A stretch of DNA of 64,000 nucleotides from Macrostomum lignano (taxonomy: Eukaryota), in NCBI GenBank assembly GCA_002269645.1, contig NIVC01000020.1:744001-808000 (forward strand), in the 5' to 3' direction. The notes under the pieces were generated by a model that was not told the origin of the DNA, made no database searches, and was given only the letters and a program-made list of their open reading frames with translations. A program made the translations under genes and the position numbers. The first letter of the stretch is position 1. The number at the start of each line of letters is the position of its first letter. This document shows, in pieces, positions 20,806 through 33,600 of this stretch.

Positions 20806-21425
20806 CCCCTCGATCGCTTGCTTTTAGTGCATATTGAAAACGAAAAATGCTGCTTCGTCTGCTCAATTGAAATTCGCAGATCGTGAAAAAATGGAATATA
20901 AAAAAGAGCGCCAATGTTTAACACTGAAGCCGGTATATTTTTACATAGAATTTGTTTTAAAAGGAAGCACAAACACCAAAGAAATTTCCCATTCCTTCAA
21001 ATCCTATCGATAATTCTGGAAGCAGATGGTTCTGAGAGTTTTCTGAACAGGTAAAGCAGAACTCTGTAAACATCAAGGTTTAGGTTTTCTATTTCTATTC
21101 TAGATTCATCCATGCCGATTACGTGAAAAAAGTAAGCTCAAAACGCACCTAGCAGTTTGAAGATGCTCAAGCAAAGACAGAGAACATCCAATATCCTTCT
21201 CAAGCCAGCATTTGACACACGCGGAAATGCCTTCGATGGATTTCGAGCTGTCAATATTAATCTGATACCGACACCTGAGCGATCTAGTCTACTCTACGCT
21301 ACCGCAGGAAATGAGGTGGGGTGCAAATTAAATCTAGAAGAGATCTGTAGAGGGCAGGTGAGAATAAAGACAGTCACAGGTTTTGACATGGATGCGATGC
21401 GTCGGTCTGGGTTCGCGGCTCGAGC

Positions 21426-22817
21426 TCAGGGCGGCTCGGCGGCGCCGCCGCTTTCCGGCGTCTCCTCGAAGTCGCGCTCCTTGCTGGCCGCGTAGTCGAT
21501 TAGCTCGGCGAGCTGGCGGCTGGTCTGCAGGCCGTACCAGAAGATTGTCCAGTTCTGGTCGGCCTTCCAGCTGCCCTGGGACACGGTGTTGTACCAGGCG
21601 ATGGCCGCCCTGTTGGTGACATTCGAGCGCCAGAACAGCTGCGGGTAGTCCTTGACGATCTGGTTCCACAGCATCACGGAGATGCCCGTGCCCTGGGCGA
21701 TTTCGCTCACCGCAATCTTGTCCAGGTAGGGGACGCTCACGTTCGGCAGGCGCAGGATCACCGCGGCTGCGTTGTAGTTCTCGCTGACGTACACCGACTC
21801 CACATGGCCCTGCACTCTCTCGAAGTAGTTGCTGCGCAGCTTCTTCTGGAAGGACTCGTTGATCAGCGCCACCATGCTAGGCTTCTTCACGCTGTCCAGC
21901 GAGCTGTAGCGGAAGATCTTCTCAATCTGCCTGATCATGGTTCCAGATCCGTGGTGGGTGAACAGCTCCTCGATCACCGTGTCGGCACTGGTGAGGATCA
22001 CGGAGCTCTCGCAGGACAGGTGCTTGATAAGCTCAGTGGATCGCAACACCTTCGCCTGGTCCTCGGTGCTCAGGTGGCTATTCGAGCTGACCAGCTCGTC
22101 CAAGTCTGTCGGCAGGTAGACGTCGCTAATTACTTTCCCATTGACGTCTTTCAGGCCGGCTTTCTGGCTCAGCAACATCACTTTGAGTGGCCTGAGTGTT
22201 GAGCACAAGTGCACCATGGTCTTCTGGGCGCTGGTGTCTGTGGGGCCGAGCATCGGGCAGCAGACGATGGGCAACGTGGAGTGGCTGCTGGACAGCAGCT
22301 CGGCGGGGTTGTGCTCGTTGCCAAGGATCAGTCTTGACGGCACGCCGCGCTTGTACAGCAGGGACTGCAGAAGCTGCACATTCTGGAAGTCGCGGTCGTT
22401 GGCCAGCTGGCACACCAGCACGGATGTCAGGTTGTTCTCGAACAAGAAGGTGGTGGACCACGTCAGCTTGCGCACGCTGCTGGCGTCGCTCAGAACCTCC
22501 GGCGAGACCTGCATGACTGAGAAGGCTCGGCGCGGCGACTTCGCTGAGAAGATTTTGAAGTACTTAAACCACAGCCGGGCCTCCTTCGGCTTCCTGGTGA
22601 TGTTTTCCACGAACTTGCGCAGCCCCATCGCCCGGGTGATCTCCTCCTGCGGCTTCGGCTCGGCCGTCATCGGGTCCTGCAGCCTCACCTGGCGGAACTG
22701 CGGCTGGCTGGACAGGGAGGGGTGGCCGCCGTGCACAAAGCCGGACGCGGCAACGGTTCGCTGCACCAGCAGCGGCAGCCGCCTGCAGAGCCGCAGCGAG
22801 CAGGACGGGCAGGACAT
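21426..22817 (-). CDS. NAGS: N-acetylglutamate synthase, mitochondrial/vertebrate type (AAK-like plus NAT domain), single exon, 463 aa
   Basis: Uninterrupted ORF. Arg-rich N-terminus resembles a mitochondrial presequence. Arginine-site motif ELFTHHGSGT; NAT-domain motifs PYLDKIAV, QGTGISVMLW, LFWRS, WY, W.IFWYG. Confidence 0.9.
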   Translation of the reverse strand: MSCPSCSLRLCRRLPLLVQRTVAASGFVHGGHPSLSSQPQFRQVRLQDPMTAEPKPQEEITRAMGLRKFVENITRKPKEARLWFKYFKIFSAKSPRRAFSVMQVSPEVLSDASSVRKLTWSTTFLFENNLTSVLVCQLANDRDFQNVQLLQSLLYKRGVPSRLILGNEHNPAELLSSSHSTLPIVCCPMLGPTDTSAQKTMVHLCSTLRPLKVMLLSQKAGLKDVNGKVISDVYLPTDLDELVSSNSHLSTEDQAKVLRSTELIKHLSCESSVILTSADTVIEELFTHHGSGTMIRQIEKIFRYSSLDSVKKPSMVALINESFQKKLRSNYFERVQGHVESVYVSENYNAAAVILRLPNVSVPYLDKIAVSEIAQGTGISVMLWNQIVKDYPQLFWRSNVTNRAAIAWYNTVSQGSWKADQNWTIFWYGLQTSRQLAELIDYAASKERDFEETPESGGAAEPP

Positions 22818-24862
22818 GCTTGACTGTCGGAGGACTCGGCGAACGCTCGCATGCGAACGAAGTCTGCTGGGCTCTGCTGTCCCGTACCGCTAGCCCCGGC
22901 TTATTACCGCTTGGAGCGGAGGAGTTCGCTGGAGCGGCGGCAGTCGGACAAAAACGGGTTTGAGTGGCTGCCGGAGCGGCTCACGCACGAGGCGCTCGCG
23001 TGATCGCCAACGTGCCAATTGGGCGGCCGCGAGCGCTGGGGCCGGAGGTGTGTGCGGGCTGGCTGTAGCCGCAGCCCCATGATTTATTGATCTCGTCAGG
23101 GCAGCGCGCAGCGCCTCTCTGTCCGCCGCGCCAGTCGGCTTCCTTGGCTCAACGTGCAGTCGCTCCTCCCTCCCCTGCCCGATCCCGTATCGATCGGCCG
23201 CAAGCGAAGCGCGATAGAGAGCGCATTTTTCCTGCTAATGAAACGGAAGCGAAATTGCAGGCGCAACTTGGGGGGGGGGGGCACTCGTTCGTGTCGGACA
23301 AAAAACTTTAGCAGTACGAGCTGCTTAGAGTGCTTTTGCTCTCGTCTCAAAATAGCTCGTGCTGGTAACAGAAAATGATAAATTGAAAAATACAAGCTCA
23401 AAACATTCAGCAGGTTAAGGTCATCTTCACTCAGCCGAGCTCAAATGAACTCGCCCCCCCCCCCAAAGACGCAGCCCCAATGAGAAGTCCTGGCTAAACT
23501 GATGGTCAGATATCACAACCAGTCATCATCATGCCATCACCAGACGGTTCTGTTTGTCAAGCTCATCCACATTTTCCTTGAAAAAATGCTTTCGTACAAC
23601 AATTGAAGACTTTCTACCTAACACTACGTAAGGTAGTGTTACTTTTGATGCATAAGGAGTTCCTTACATGTGAAGCCTAAATCATCTTAGCAGACAATTG
23701 CACCAATGACAGGAAATGATAGTACTTGGTCAAACTATGTATGCATAGAGGCAGTTCTGGGAATAGAATCCACAGCTGAGACAGCTTTTGAATACTCTCA
23801 AGGTCAGTGCACGGTTTGCTGCAATGTCAGACCCTACTCTTGTTTTTGCTATTTGCCACCCCTGCACAGACAGCATTTGCAAAGCCTTGCGATTGGGGTG
23901 ACAGCTGAACAGCTGGACCAGAATTGGTAGGAATTTGTCAGAAAACCAGACTATATAGAGTTATGCAAGATAACTGACTGCGAGAAAATAGCTTGAGAGC
24001 TTGACGCATTTACTGTTACGGACGGAAGGGCGGGGCAGGCATAATTCATATGCAAAGGCATGCAGACAGACGGACAGGCTACCGACGTTCCGCCAAGTAG
24101 GCAACAAACCGCACAGTTAACTTCAGTAGGCTTGTTTAGCAGCGCAAAACTTATAAATGGCGCATCAATGCGAAAGGCTAAAATAAACCACGGATACTAA
24201 AATAACTATAGTATCCAGTTATTCTATAGTATCTGTGGGCTAAACAAATCCAATGCTGAATTGAGGAGTTAGCTTAAGATAGTCCCACAAAATCTTACTG
24301 TTTTCGTCAATATACGCTTGTATTTATGTTACATACACATGTAAACAGCTGTATAGAGAAGTACTTAGCAACCTAACAACCTTCCATGTACAACGTAATA
24401 AAACGCATTAACAAGAGCCTTAGGAAATTAACAATAGTGACTGTACAAGGTCAAAACCGATGTGTAGTTTATCAAAAAATACTTTTCTTTCTTTCTTTGC
24501 TGCCTCCCCAACGAGGGCGCAGATTTCTACTCGTGTCTAATGACTTAAAATGACTTGAAATTTTGAGCTATGTTCGAAAAGATATTTTAAAGCTCTTTTT
24601 AAAAAAACATTAAGGTGATTGGACTCCAGGGGTGTCGGAACCAGGGGGGGGGGCACGGGGGGGCTGGAGCCCCCCACTTGTTAGCATGATCCAGCAAGTG
24701 CCCTTTTTGAATTTTAAACAAGTGTCGACTGGTTTTGGGCTCTGGCTTTTCTGAGTCTTGGAAGCTAAGGGGGGTATCAGCTGATATAAAAGTTCATGTT
24801 GTTCTCAATCTCCATTCCACTACAGTTTTTATTTAATGTGCCTAAGCCTAGTGCTCTTAGTG

Positions 24863-25678
24863 CATTGGTCAGCAAACTTTTCACCTTAAGGGCCAGATTG
24901 AGGGCCCCCGTAAGCAAAACGCGCCCAGGAGTCCCAGACTGCAGGCAAGAGAAGGGAGAGAGGATAAGGAATAGAGCAGAGAATTATATGAGTGTAGGAG
25001 AAAGGAGAGGCGAGGAGAGGAGAAGGAAAGGAAAGACAAGATAAGAGGAGAGAGGAGAGGAGAGAAAAGAGGAGAGGAGAGGAGAGAGGAGAGGAGATGA
25101 GAGAGGTGAGGAGAGGAGAGGAGAGGAGAGAGGAGAGGAGATGAGAGAGGAGAGGAGATGAGAGAGGTGAGGAGAGGAAAGGAGAGAGGTGAGGAGAGGA
25201 AAGGAGAGAGGTGAGGAGAGGAAAGGAGAGGGGAGGAGAGGAGAGGAGGAGGAGAGGAAAGAAAAGAGGAAAGAGGAGAGGAGAGAAGAGAGGAGAGGAG
25301 AGGAGAGGAGAGGAGAGAGGAGAGGAGATGAGAGAGGAGAGGAGATGAGAGAGGTGAGGAGAGTAGAGAGGAGAGGAGATGAGAGAGTTGAGGAGAGGAG
25401 AGAAGAGAGGAGAGAAGAGGAGAGGAGAGGAAAGGAGAGAGGATAGGAGATGAGAAAGGTGAGGAGAGGAAAGGAGAGAGGAGAGGAGATAGGTAAGGAG
25501 ATGAGAGGAGAAGAGAGAGGAGAGGAGAGAACAGGAGAAGAATATGAGAAGAGAGCTGAGAAGAGACAAACATCGAGCGGGCCGGATTGCTATTGTGAAG
25601 ATATAAAGGATCCGAGGGCCGGATAGAGAGGCTTTGCAGGCCACATCTGGCCCTCAGGCTGGAGTTTGCCGACCCCTG
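24863..25678. mobile_element. hAT/Charlie-like MITE nested in the previous element, with internal GA-rich array
   Basis: Ends CATTGGTCAGCAAAC / GTTTGCCGACCCCTG (12/15 inverted match); flanks TCTTAGTG / TTTTAGTA (6/8). Confidence 0.65.
24945..25560. repeat. GA-rich (GAGAG)n array inside the nested MITE
   Basis: Seen directly. Confidence 0.95.
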
Positions 25679-26801
25679 TTTTAGTATTTATCGTTTCACT
25701 TTGGCGTCTCTGATCGAAATTCTGAGTCCGCCGCAATCCAAAGACTTAAACCGCAGCTGGCGCTGCAACCAAAATCGCTAAAATGCCGTCAGCTAAAATA
25801 ATAGAGACAGCGCCAAGAGGAACTGAAGGAGGCAGCCAAGAGATCCAGAAAATTACTGGTCTAGCCCTTGCAATTTTCATTCATTTGAGATATTTTACTA
25901 TATAAATTGATAATGCAATTTTTTTAATTAGTTGTGCAATGTTTGAATCAGTTAAAAATTCAAACATTTTCAGACTTTTGGCTACTTCCAACTCAAAATT
26001 GAATATCGGCCTGGTTGTCACAATTTCACAAACTGATATAACAGCAGGAGTTTGGGTGCCTTTAGATTTAAAGAAATTATTTGCAATGTGCCCTCCCACC
26101 AATAGCCCCCCACTTTGAATTAATGTTCCGACACCGCTGTTGGACTCTGTCGGTATATAGATGCGATTTATACGTAAAATCGAGTAGAAGAAGCGAAAGA
26201 TAAAATTCTCAAATTGTCGATTTTAATCACCAACAGAACATGTGATGAAAACACTGCAAGCGACAATTAACATTCACAGTACTGTATTTATCTGAAATGC
26301 GCAAGCTTTACTACATGTAAAAGCTATAGAACATGTTTAATAATAATTTGCTATCGTTGTAATAATTAAACAATGATTTAATAGTAACATTGCTGGTAGC
26401 CAAGACAAAGCAGATTACATAAGCAGATAAAGGAAGTGGGTTAGGCGATTAACAATAATTATAGGCGAACTCACCATTTGCCTGTATATTTTTCCATGTA
26501 CACAGCTATTGGCCGAAATATCTGATAAATTTAATGGAAAATATTCTAAAGAAGCCGAAAAGGTATATAACTTAAGATAAGCATTATGGTTTGCAGCATT
26601 TATTTGGTCTTTGCTGTTATAATAGAAAAACATTTGTTAAGTTTTTTTGTATAAACAATCAGGTTTTAACTTCTTTATTTCGAGACGTTTTATTTCCGTT
26701 TGTGTGTGTTACTGTTATATTGATTAAAGGAAAAAGCTCATTGTACTTTAAGCTAACTGACTGGTTGCCTCCGTTGCAGGCAGCGTTTTCGCTTTATAAA
26801 A

Positions 26802-29800
26802 ATGGCCGGAAAAGCTATCAAGCAGCTATCAAGTGGAGGAAGTGGTCAAAGCCTGAGCGACCGAATGACTTCTGCAAAGCATATAATATCTGGGTCTGGT
26901 CTCGGCCGAGCAGTTTGTAAAGCTACTACTGAGGAGATTATTGCTCCAAAGAAAAAACATCTAGGCTGTAAGTTAATTCATCATGAAATAATGTATGATG
27001 CCCTAATTCGTATATTTTCAAACTATTTCTAAAGTAATTTTTCTTAATAAGCAAAGAGCTTTTTAATTTAGATAAATAATTTAAGATAATACGATAATAG
27101 GATAGTTAGACAATTTAGAAAGGAAAGTATTTTAGAATCAAAATTTTAATAAAACTGATTGTATTATTTAGTATAGGCCTATGGCTATGGTATATATTTG
27201 TCATTATTTTATTTTATTTTGTTTTTTTTTCCATAATTTTTTTGTAGCTGTAATAAAATATATACAAATAATTATATATTTTATAATTAAAAATTTAAAT
27301 TTAAATTTGATTTTAAAGATTAATATACTAATGAGGAAGACAAAGAGAATTGGTCTATAGGGTCTGCGGTCATTTCGTCTGCCGCCTTTTCGTCTGCCAA
27401 AGAATTTTAGCAGATGAAACGACTTTTTTATTTATGTTTATTTTGGTTCACTTATTTAGTATTTTTTATGTAGGGAATTAAAATAAATTAGTATAAGCAA
27501 GTTTTAGGTATGTTTTCTTATTTATATTGATACATTTTGTTTTTCTTCATTTTCTACGAAACCTAACTAACCTATATAATACTTTTGACGCATCGATGCA
27601 AAGTTATTTTCTGAGAAAGTGGTGTTATCGATAATGCACTACTGTGCGACTTGTGCAACAAATGGCAGCATCGGACATGCAATTCTCCAAACGGTTGGAG
27701 ATATTTGCTTCTGGCTTTGTGTATTCATATGCAACATATTAGCTCCGGAACTTTTAGAAAAATCCTAGCATTATAATAAATTATAATTAATAAGACATTT
27801 ACATTACACTTCCATGCGAAGCTTGATGACATAATTAGTTATTCCGATTTATATATTATATATATTGGCAGACGAAACGACTATATTGTATATTGGCAGA
27901 CGAAAAGGCGGCAGACGAAATGACTGTCAACCGTCTATAGGCCCTATTTTATACAAATCTCCTTGGTTCCACTTTATAATTTTAGGTCTTTCTAAAATTA
28001 GAGAGCCATTACCATTCTATACTTGGGTTACTCTTTTAATGAGTCTAATTATTATAAAAGAAACAATTTGATCATAGTCAATACAATATTTTAACAAATC
28101 AAATAGTATATTACTATATATGTGTAATTATAATTACTATATTAATATGTATGTCATGTATATTAATGTTGGAATTAGTGACAATAAGTTACTTGAAATT
28201 ATTATCAAGATTGGAAAAGCTATGTTACAAATAATAAAAGAATTAATTATATATTTTTCTTTCATTTAAAAACTTTTTTTCATTTTCAGTATTATTCAAT
28301 GTATTGGTTGAAAGATCTTCATTTTAAAAATAATAAATATTAAATAGTCTATAGCAAACATTTTTATTCATAGGAACAAAAACTTGTTAGTGTTTATAAT
28401 ATCTCAAAAGGTAGCAGTGCTAGTTTTTAAAAATAAAAATCTACCCTATATGGTAACTAGGATTAAGCATAAAATTAATGAGCACTTACTAGCTTTTCAT
28501 TTATTAGATAATTGTTCATGTACAATTAGCATTAAGTTGTGGAAGTGCACCAACAGTCATGTTAAACCTAAATTTTGGCGCAGACCTAATTGAGTGCACC
28601 AACCAAAGCAATGTCAGCATCCCAGAGCTGGCCAATGCCCTGCTGGAGAGGCTGTCCAGCTCCAACTGGGTGGTGGTATTCAAAGCCCTGGTCAGCATCC
28701 ACAGCGTCATGAACTATGGCAACGAGCGGTTCACGCAGTACCTCGCCTCCAACAACTGCAATCTGTCGCTGCGCAACTTCTACGACAAGTCCTCCGTGCA
28801 GGGCGCTGACATGTCGCGTTTCATCTGCCGTTACAGCGCCTATGTGCAGGAGAAGGCCTTCGCCTACCGCAGCCTGGCCTACGACCTGTGCAAGGTGAGG
28901 CCGCGATATGACCTTGCCCTGAGATTGGGAAGAAAGGGTAGGAGATATGAAATGCACGAATAGGAAAGAAAGCGAGGAGAGAGGGAGAGAAAAAGAGGGT
29001 ACGAGGTGAAAACTGGTAGCCAATCAGAATGAAGCGAAAAAGATTCCGCTGACCCCTGAGCACGTGCACCGATATGTACGCAGGCACACACACACAGCGT
29101 GTACAGCGGCACTGACTTTCCCATTGTCAGTCAGTGCACACTCTGCCACTTGGGGCCGGCCCCCGGCCTGACTGACTTTCTCATTGTCTCTTTGGCGCGA
29201 GAGCCGGACGGGTGTTTGAAGCTTGCAGTTTATTTCTTTTCAGGTGAAACGCGGCTCCGACGACGGCGCCTTGCGTACGCAGAGCGTCGAGAAGCTGCTG
29301 CGCTCCCTGCCGGTGCTCATCGCCCAGTTCGACGCCCTGCTGGGCTTCGACGCCACGCCCAGCGAGCTGAGCAACCCCATAATAAATGCGGCCTTCCTCA
29401 TGCTCTACAAGGACGCCAGCCGTCTCTTTGTGGTCTTCAACGACGGCGTCATCAACCTGCTGAGCACTTTCTTCGAGTCCATGAACCGCAAGCAGTGCCG
29501 GGAGGGCCTGGAGCTCTACAAGAAATTCCTCGTCCGCAGCGAGCGCCTCGCCGAGTTCAGCCGCGTGGCCGAGTCCGCCGGGGTGGACAGGGCGGACGTG
29601 GCCAACCTGGAGCGGCACCCGACCTCCTTCCTGGAGGCCATGGAGTCGCACCTCGCCCAGCTGGAGGGCCGCCGCATCTCCCGCTCCAACTCCAGCAACA
29701 GCATCGGCTCCGCCGCCTCGCCTACTCCTCCGACAGCCGCTGCCGTCTCCGCCTCGGCCGCGGCTTCCGCTGCCCCAGTATCGTCCGCCAGCATGAGCGA

Positions 29801-30594
29801 AGCCCAGCGCCAGGCCCTGCTGATGGAGGAGCAGCGGCAGCTGGACCTACTCAAAGCCGAGCGGCAGCGAAAGCTCGCCAGCAGCAGCAGCAGTGGCAGC
29901 GGCAGTCAGGGCGCCGCAAAGCCGCCTCAGCAGCCTCAGCAGCAGCCGCCTCAGCAGCCTCAGCAGCAGCCGCCGCCGCAGCAGAAGAGCAACGACGAAG
30001 ACAACCTGCTGAACCTGATGGATTCGACTCGTACGTGCTATTTGCGGGTGTCCGGACCCAAACAGATCCATCCTCCATTTTTTTAAATTTGCATTTCATT
30101 TCAAACTTCTATTTCAAAGCATAAAGATGCAAATGTGAGTTTGCTACTCACTGTGGACTGACCATGACCTTAGTGACCTGATTTGACCTCACTGGCCTGA
30201 CCTCAGTAACCCTGACCTCACTGGCCTGACCTCAGTAACCCTGACCTCACTGGCCTGACCTCAGTAACCCTGACCTCACTGGCCTGACCTCAGTAACCCT
30301 GACCTCACTGGCCTGACCTCAGTAACCCTGACCTCACTGGCCTGACCTCAGTAACCCTGACCTCACTGGCCTGACCTCAGTAACCCTGACCTCACTGGCC
30401 TGACCTCAGTAACCCTGACCTCACTGGCCTGACCTCAGTAACCCTGACCTCAGTAACCTGACCTCAGTAACTTGACCTCAGTAATTTGACCTTAATAACC
30501 TGACCTCAGTGACCTGACCTCAGTAACCTGACCTGACCCCTGCCCATATTTCAGCGGCTATCTCCTCGACGGTATTTTCGCCGTTCCCCCCGGC

Positions 30595-30630
<36 letters not shown>

Positions 30631-33600
30631 GGCATTTGGTGAGTCGCTCGCAGCCTCTCGCTACAGCACCATCATTGCTAAGCATTGATAATCCACAACT
30701 TCTTTGCGCATCTGGTTTGAAAAAATCCCCTTCCGTTCCTTTCAGCTCCATTCTCCACGGCCAGCTTTTCCGCGTTTCCGCCAACAACGGGTGAGTGCTT
30801 AAAGACAGCTCAAGAACTGGAAATCTCATGCCTGATGTCTTGAACTCCATCACTATTGCAGCATTCCCGGCAGCGGCTTACTCCACAGCTCCTGCCGCAT
30901 TCTCTGCAGCGCCTCCTCCCGCATCCGCAGCATCCGGTGAGTCACATGGGGCAGCTCAGGCGGGCATTGCGTAACACAGAATTGATGCTACCCGTTTCAT
31001 AGCCAGCCAGCCAGCATACCAGAAGCAGAAATAGCCGGAATTACTGCTGCAAATTGGCTAGTGAAATTTCAGGCTGCTGCGGTAAGCACAGCGGCCTGAC
31101 CGGGGTGCTGGAGGCTGTAAAAGCATGAAAATTTATGATCCGGTCCGCATGGCGGCAGGTGAGATTTTAATCGGCAAAATATTTCTCACGCGCTGCGCAG
31201 CCGCACCGCGTTTTCTAATCTGCTGGGTAAAGCCGCGATTAATTCGGGTTGCAATCTTCAACACCCTACTGTTAGTAGCAGCCTTTGCTTTTTAATAGAT
31301 TTATTAGGAAAATCGATTATTAGAAACCGTTTCGGGCTATTTGAAGGTTTCAAACCTGTTTACACCTGATCTGTGCCGTAATGCTGTTGCTGGGAAATCT
31401 TTCAATTTTCTCCACATCCTCAGTTTTCACTCCAAAATTCCCACATTTCACCACCATCCCCATTGTTATCCCAGATCATCAATTTTCAACTTAGACCCAA
31501 AATATTAACCTCGCATCATAAAAGCTCATCCCAGATCCAAAACTTGCATCCCAGATCCCAAACTTGCATCCCGCAGATCCCAAACTTGCATCCCGCAGAT
31601 CCCAAACTTGCATCCCGCAGATCCCAAACTTGCATCCCGCAGATCCCAAACTTGCATCCCGCAGATCCCAAACTTGCATCCCGCAGATCCCAAACTTGCA
31701 TCCCGCAGATCAAAAACTTGCATCCCCAGATCCCAAACTTGCACCCTCAGATCCCAAACTTGCATCCCAGATCCCAAACTTGCATCCCAGATCCCAAACT
31801 TCTATCCCAGACCCCAAACTTGCATCCCGCATTCCAATCTCACATGTCAGTGTTTGACCCGTTCGGCGGTGTCCTGGAGCCGACCCGGCCGGGCCAGCAG
31901 GCGCAGCAGCGGTCGGCGGCGGGTGCCCCGGCCGGTCAGGCGGCTCCGGTTGGCCACTCCGGCCTCACGGGCGACCTGGACTCGAGCCTGGCCGCGTTGG
32001 CCGGCCGCCTGGATATGCGCGGTCCGCAGTCCGGACAGTCGATGGGCGCCGGCCGTCAAGGCGTCAACTGGGCGCAGGCGGGCGGCGCCAATTCGGCGCG
32101 CACAGTCGGCGGGGGCGGCCCCGCAGCTCCGGTGCCGATCGCGCCAGGTCCGACTGTCAACTGGGGCGGCGGCGCCATGGCGCTGACCAGCCAGCCGGCG
32201 AGGTTCGCCATGCCGGTGAGCCTGGGGTCAGATGTAGCCATTGCTTGAACTGGTCCTCTGCTGGTTAGACTTGATCAAGTCTTGTGCAGCTTTCAGCTAG
32301 CATTATTCATGGTTTAGTCAATTTCAAGGGTCAGTTTAGGCTACTTTATGTCAGTTTTAGTTAAGTTTAGGCAAGATTTTTAACCATGATTTAGTCAGAT
32401 TTAGTTTAATTTAGATTTAGAAGAACTACCACTCTATATCAGGTTTATTCTATTTTAAGATCAGGTGTATTCCAGTTTAGGTCAGACGTATTTCAGTTTA
32501 GGTCAGGTGTATTCCAGTTTAGGTCAGGTGTATTCCAGTTTAGGTCAGGTGTATTCTAGTTTAGGTCAGGTGTATTCTAGTTTAGGTCAGGTGTATTCCA
32601 GTTTAGGTCAGGTGTATTCCAGTTGACCAGTTTAGGTCAGGTGTATTCCAGTTTAGGTCAGGTGTATTCCAGTTGACCAGGTGTATTCCAGTTGACCAGT
32701 TTAGGTCAGGTGTATTCCAGTTTAGGTCAGGTGTATTCCAGTTTAGGTCAGGTGTATTCCAGTTGACCAGTTTAGGTCAGGTGTATTCCAGTTGACCAGT
32801 TTAGGTCAGGTGCATTCCAGTTTAGGTCAGGTGTATTCCAGTTGACCAATTTAGGTCAGGTGTATTCCAGTTGACCAGTTTAGGTCAGGTGTATTCCAGT
32901 TTAGGTCAGGTGTATTCCAGTTGACCAGGTGTATTCCAGTTGACCAGTTTAGGTCAGGTGTATTCCAGTTTAGGTCAGGTGTATTCCAGTTTAGGTCAGG
33001 TGTATTCCAGTTTAGGTCAGGTTTATTCCAGTTGACCAGTTTAGGTCAGGTGTATTCCAGTTGACCAGTTTGGTCAGGTGTATTCCAGTTTAGGTCAGGT
33101 GTATTCCAGTTGACCAATTTAGGTCAGGTGTATTCCAGTTGACCAGTTTAGGTCAGGTGTATTCCAGTTTAGGTCAGGTGTATTCCAGTTTAGGTCAGGT
33201 TTATTCCAGTTGACCAGTTTAGGTCAGGTGTATTCCAGTTGACCAGTTTGGTCAGGTGTCCCAGTTTTGGTCAGGTCAATTCACATTTTTGAACAGCTTC
33301 TATAGAATAATTCGGTGCTTTGATCAGAGTGCTCAGATAATTTGCCAGACTTAGCTGGGCGTTGTTAGTCTTGAATGGAAGATCACTGGAAGGTCACCAG
33401 CTTAAATTGCTCCGCCGCTGTCACCTGCAAGCAGCAGTTTGGCTCGGCTTATGCGCCTGCCTATGGCCCAGGCTATGGCCCCTATGGCCCAGGACAGCAG
33501 CAGTGGCTTGGCCATCCCACTGGCCCCCAATACCAGCCAGGGCAGCCAACCAGTGGCCAGGTAAAACCAGCTTTGATTATATCTGAGAATCGTTTGAGCT

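Larger units (their letters stand above)
24627..26139. mobile_element. Non-autonomous hAT-like element, 1513 bp
   Basis: TIR CAGGGGTGTCGGAAC / GTTCCGACACCGCTG; perfect 8-bp TSD TTGGACTC (24619-24626, 26140-26147). Confidence 0.85.

Noticed and set aside
32460-33265. 21-mer units containing both TTCCAG (acceptor-like) and CAG|GTGT (donor-like) sequences, as a decoy micro-exon array
   Set aside because: Donors are weak, the 10-nt product is frameshifting, and there is no independent support.
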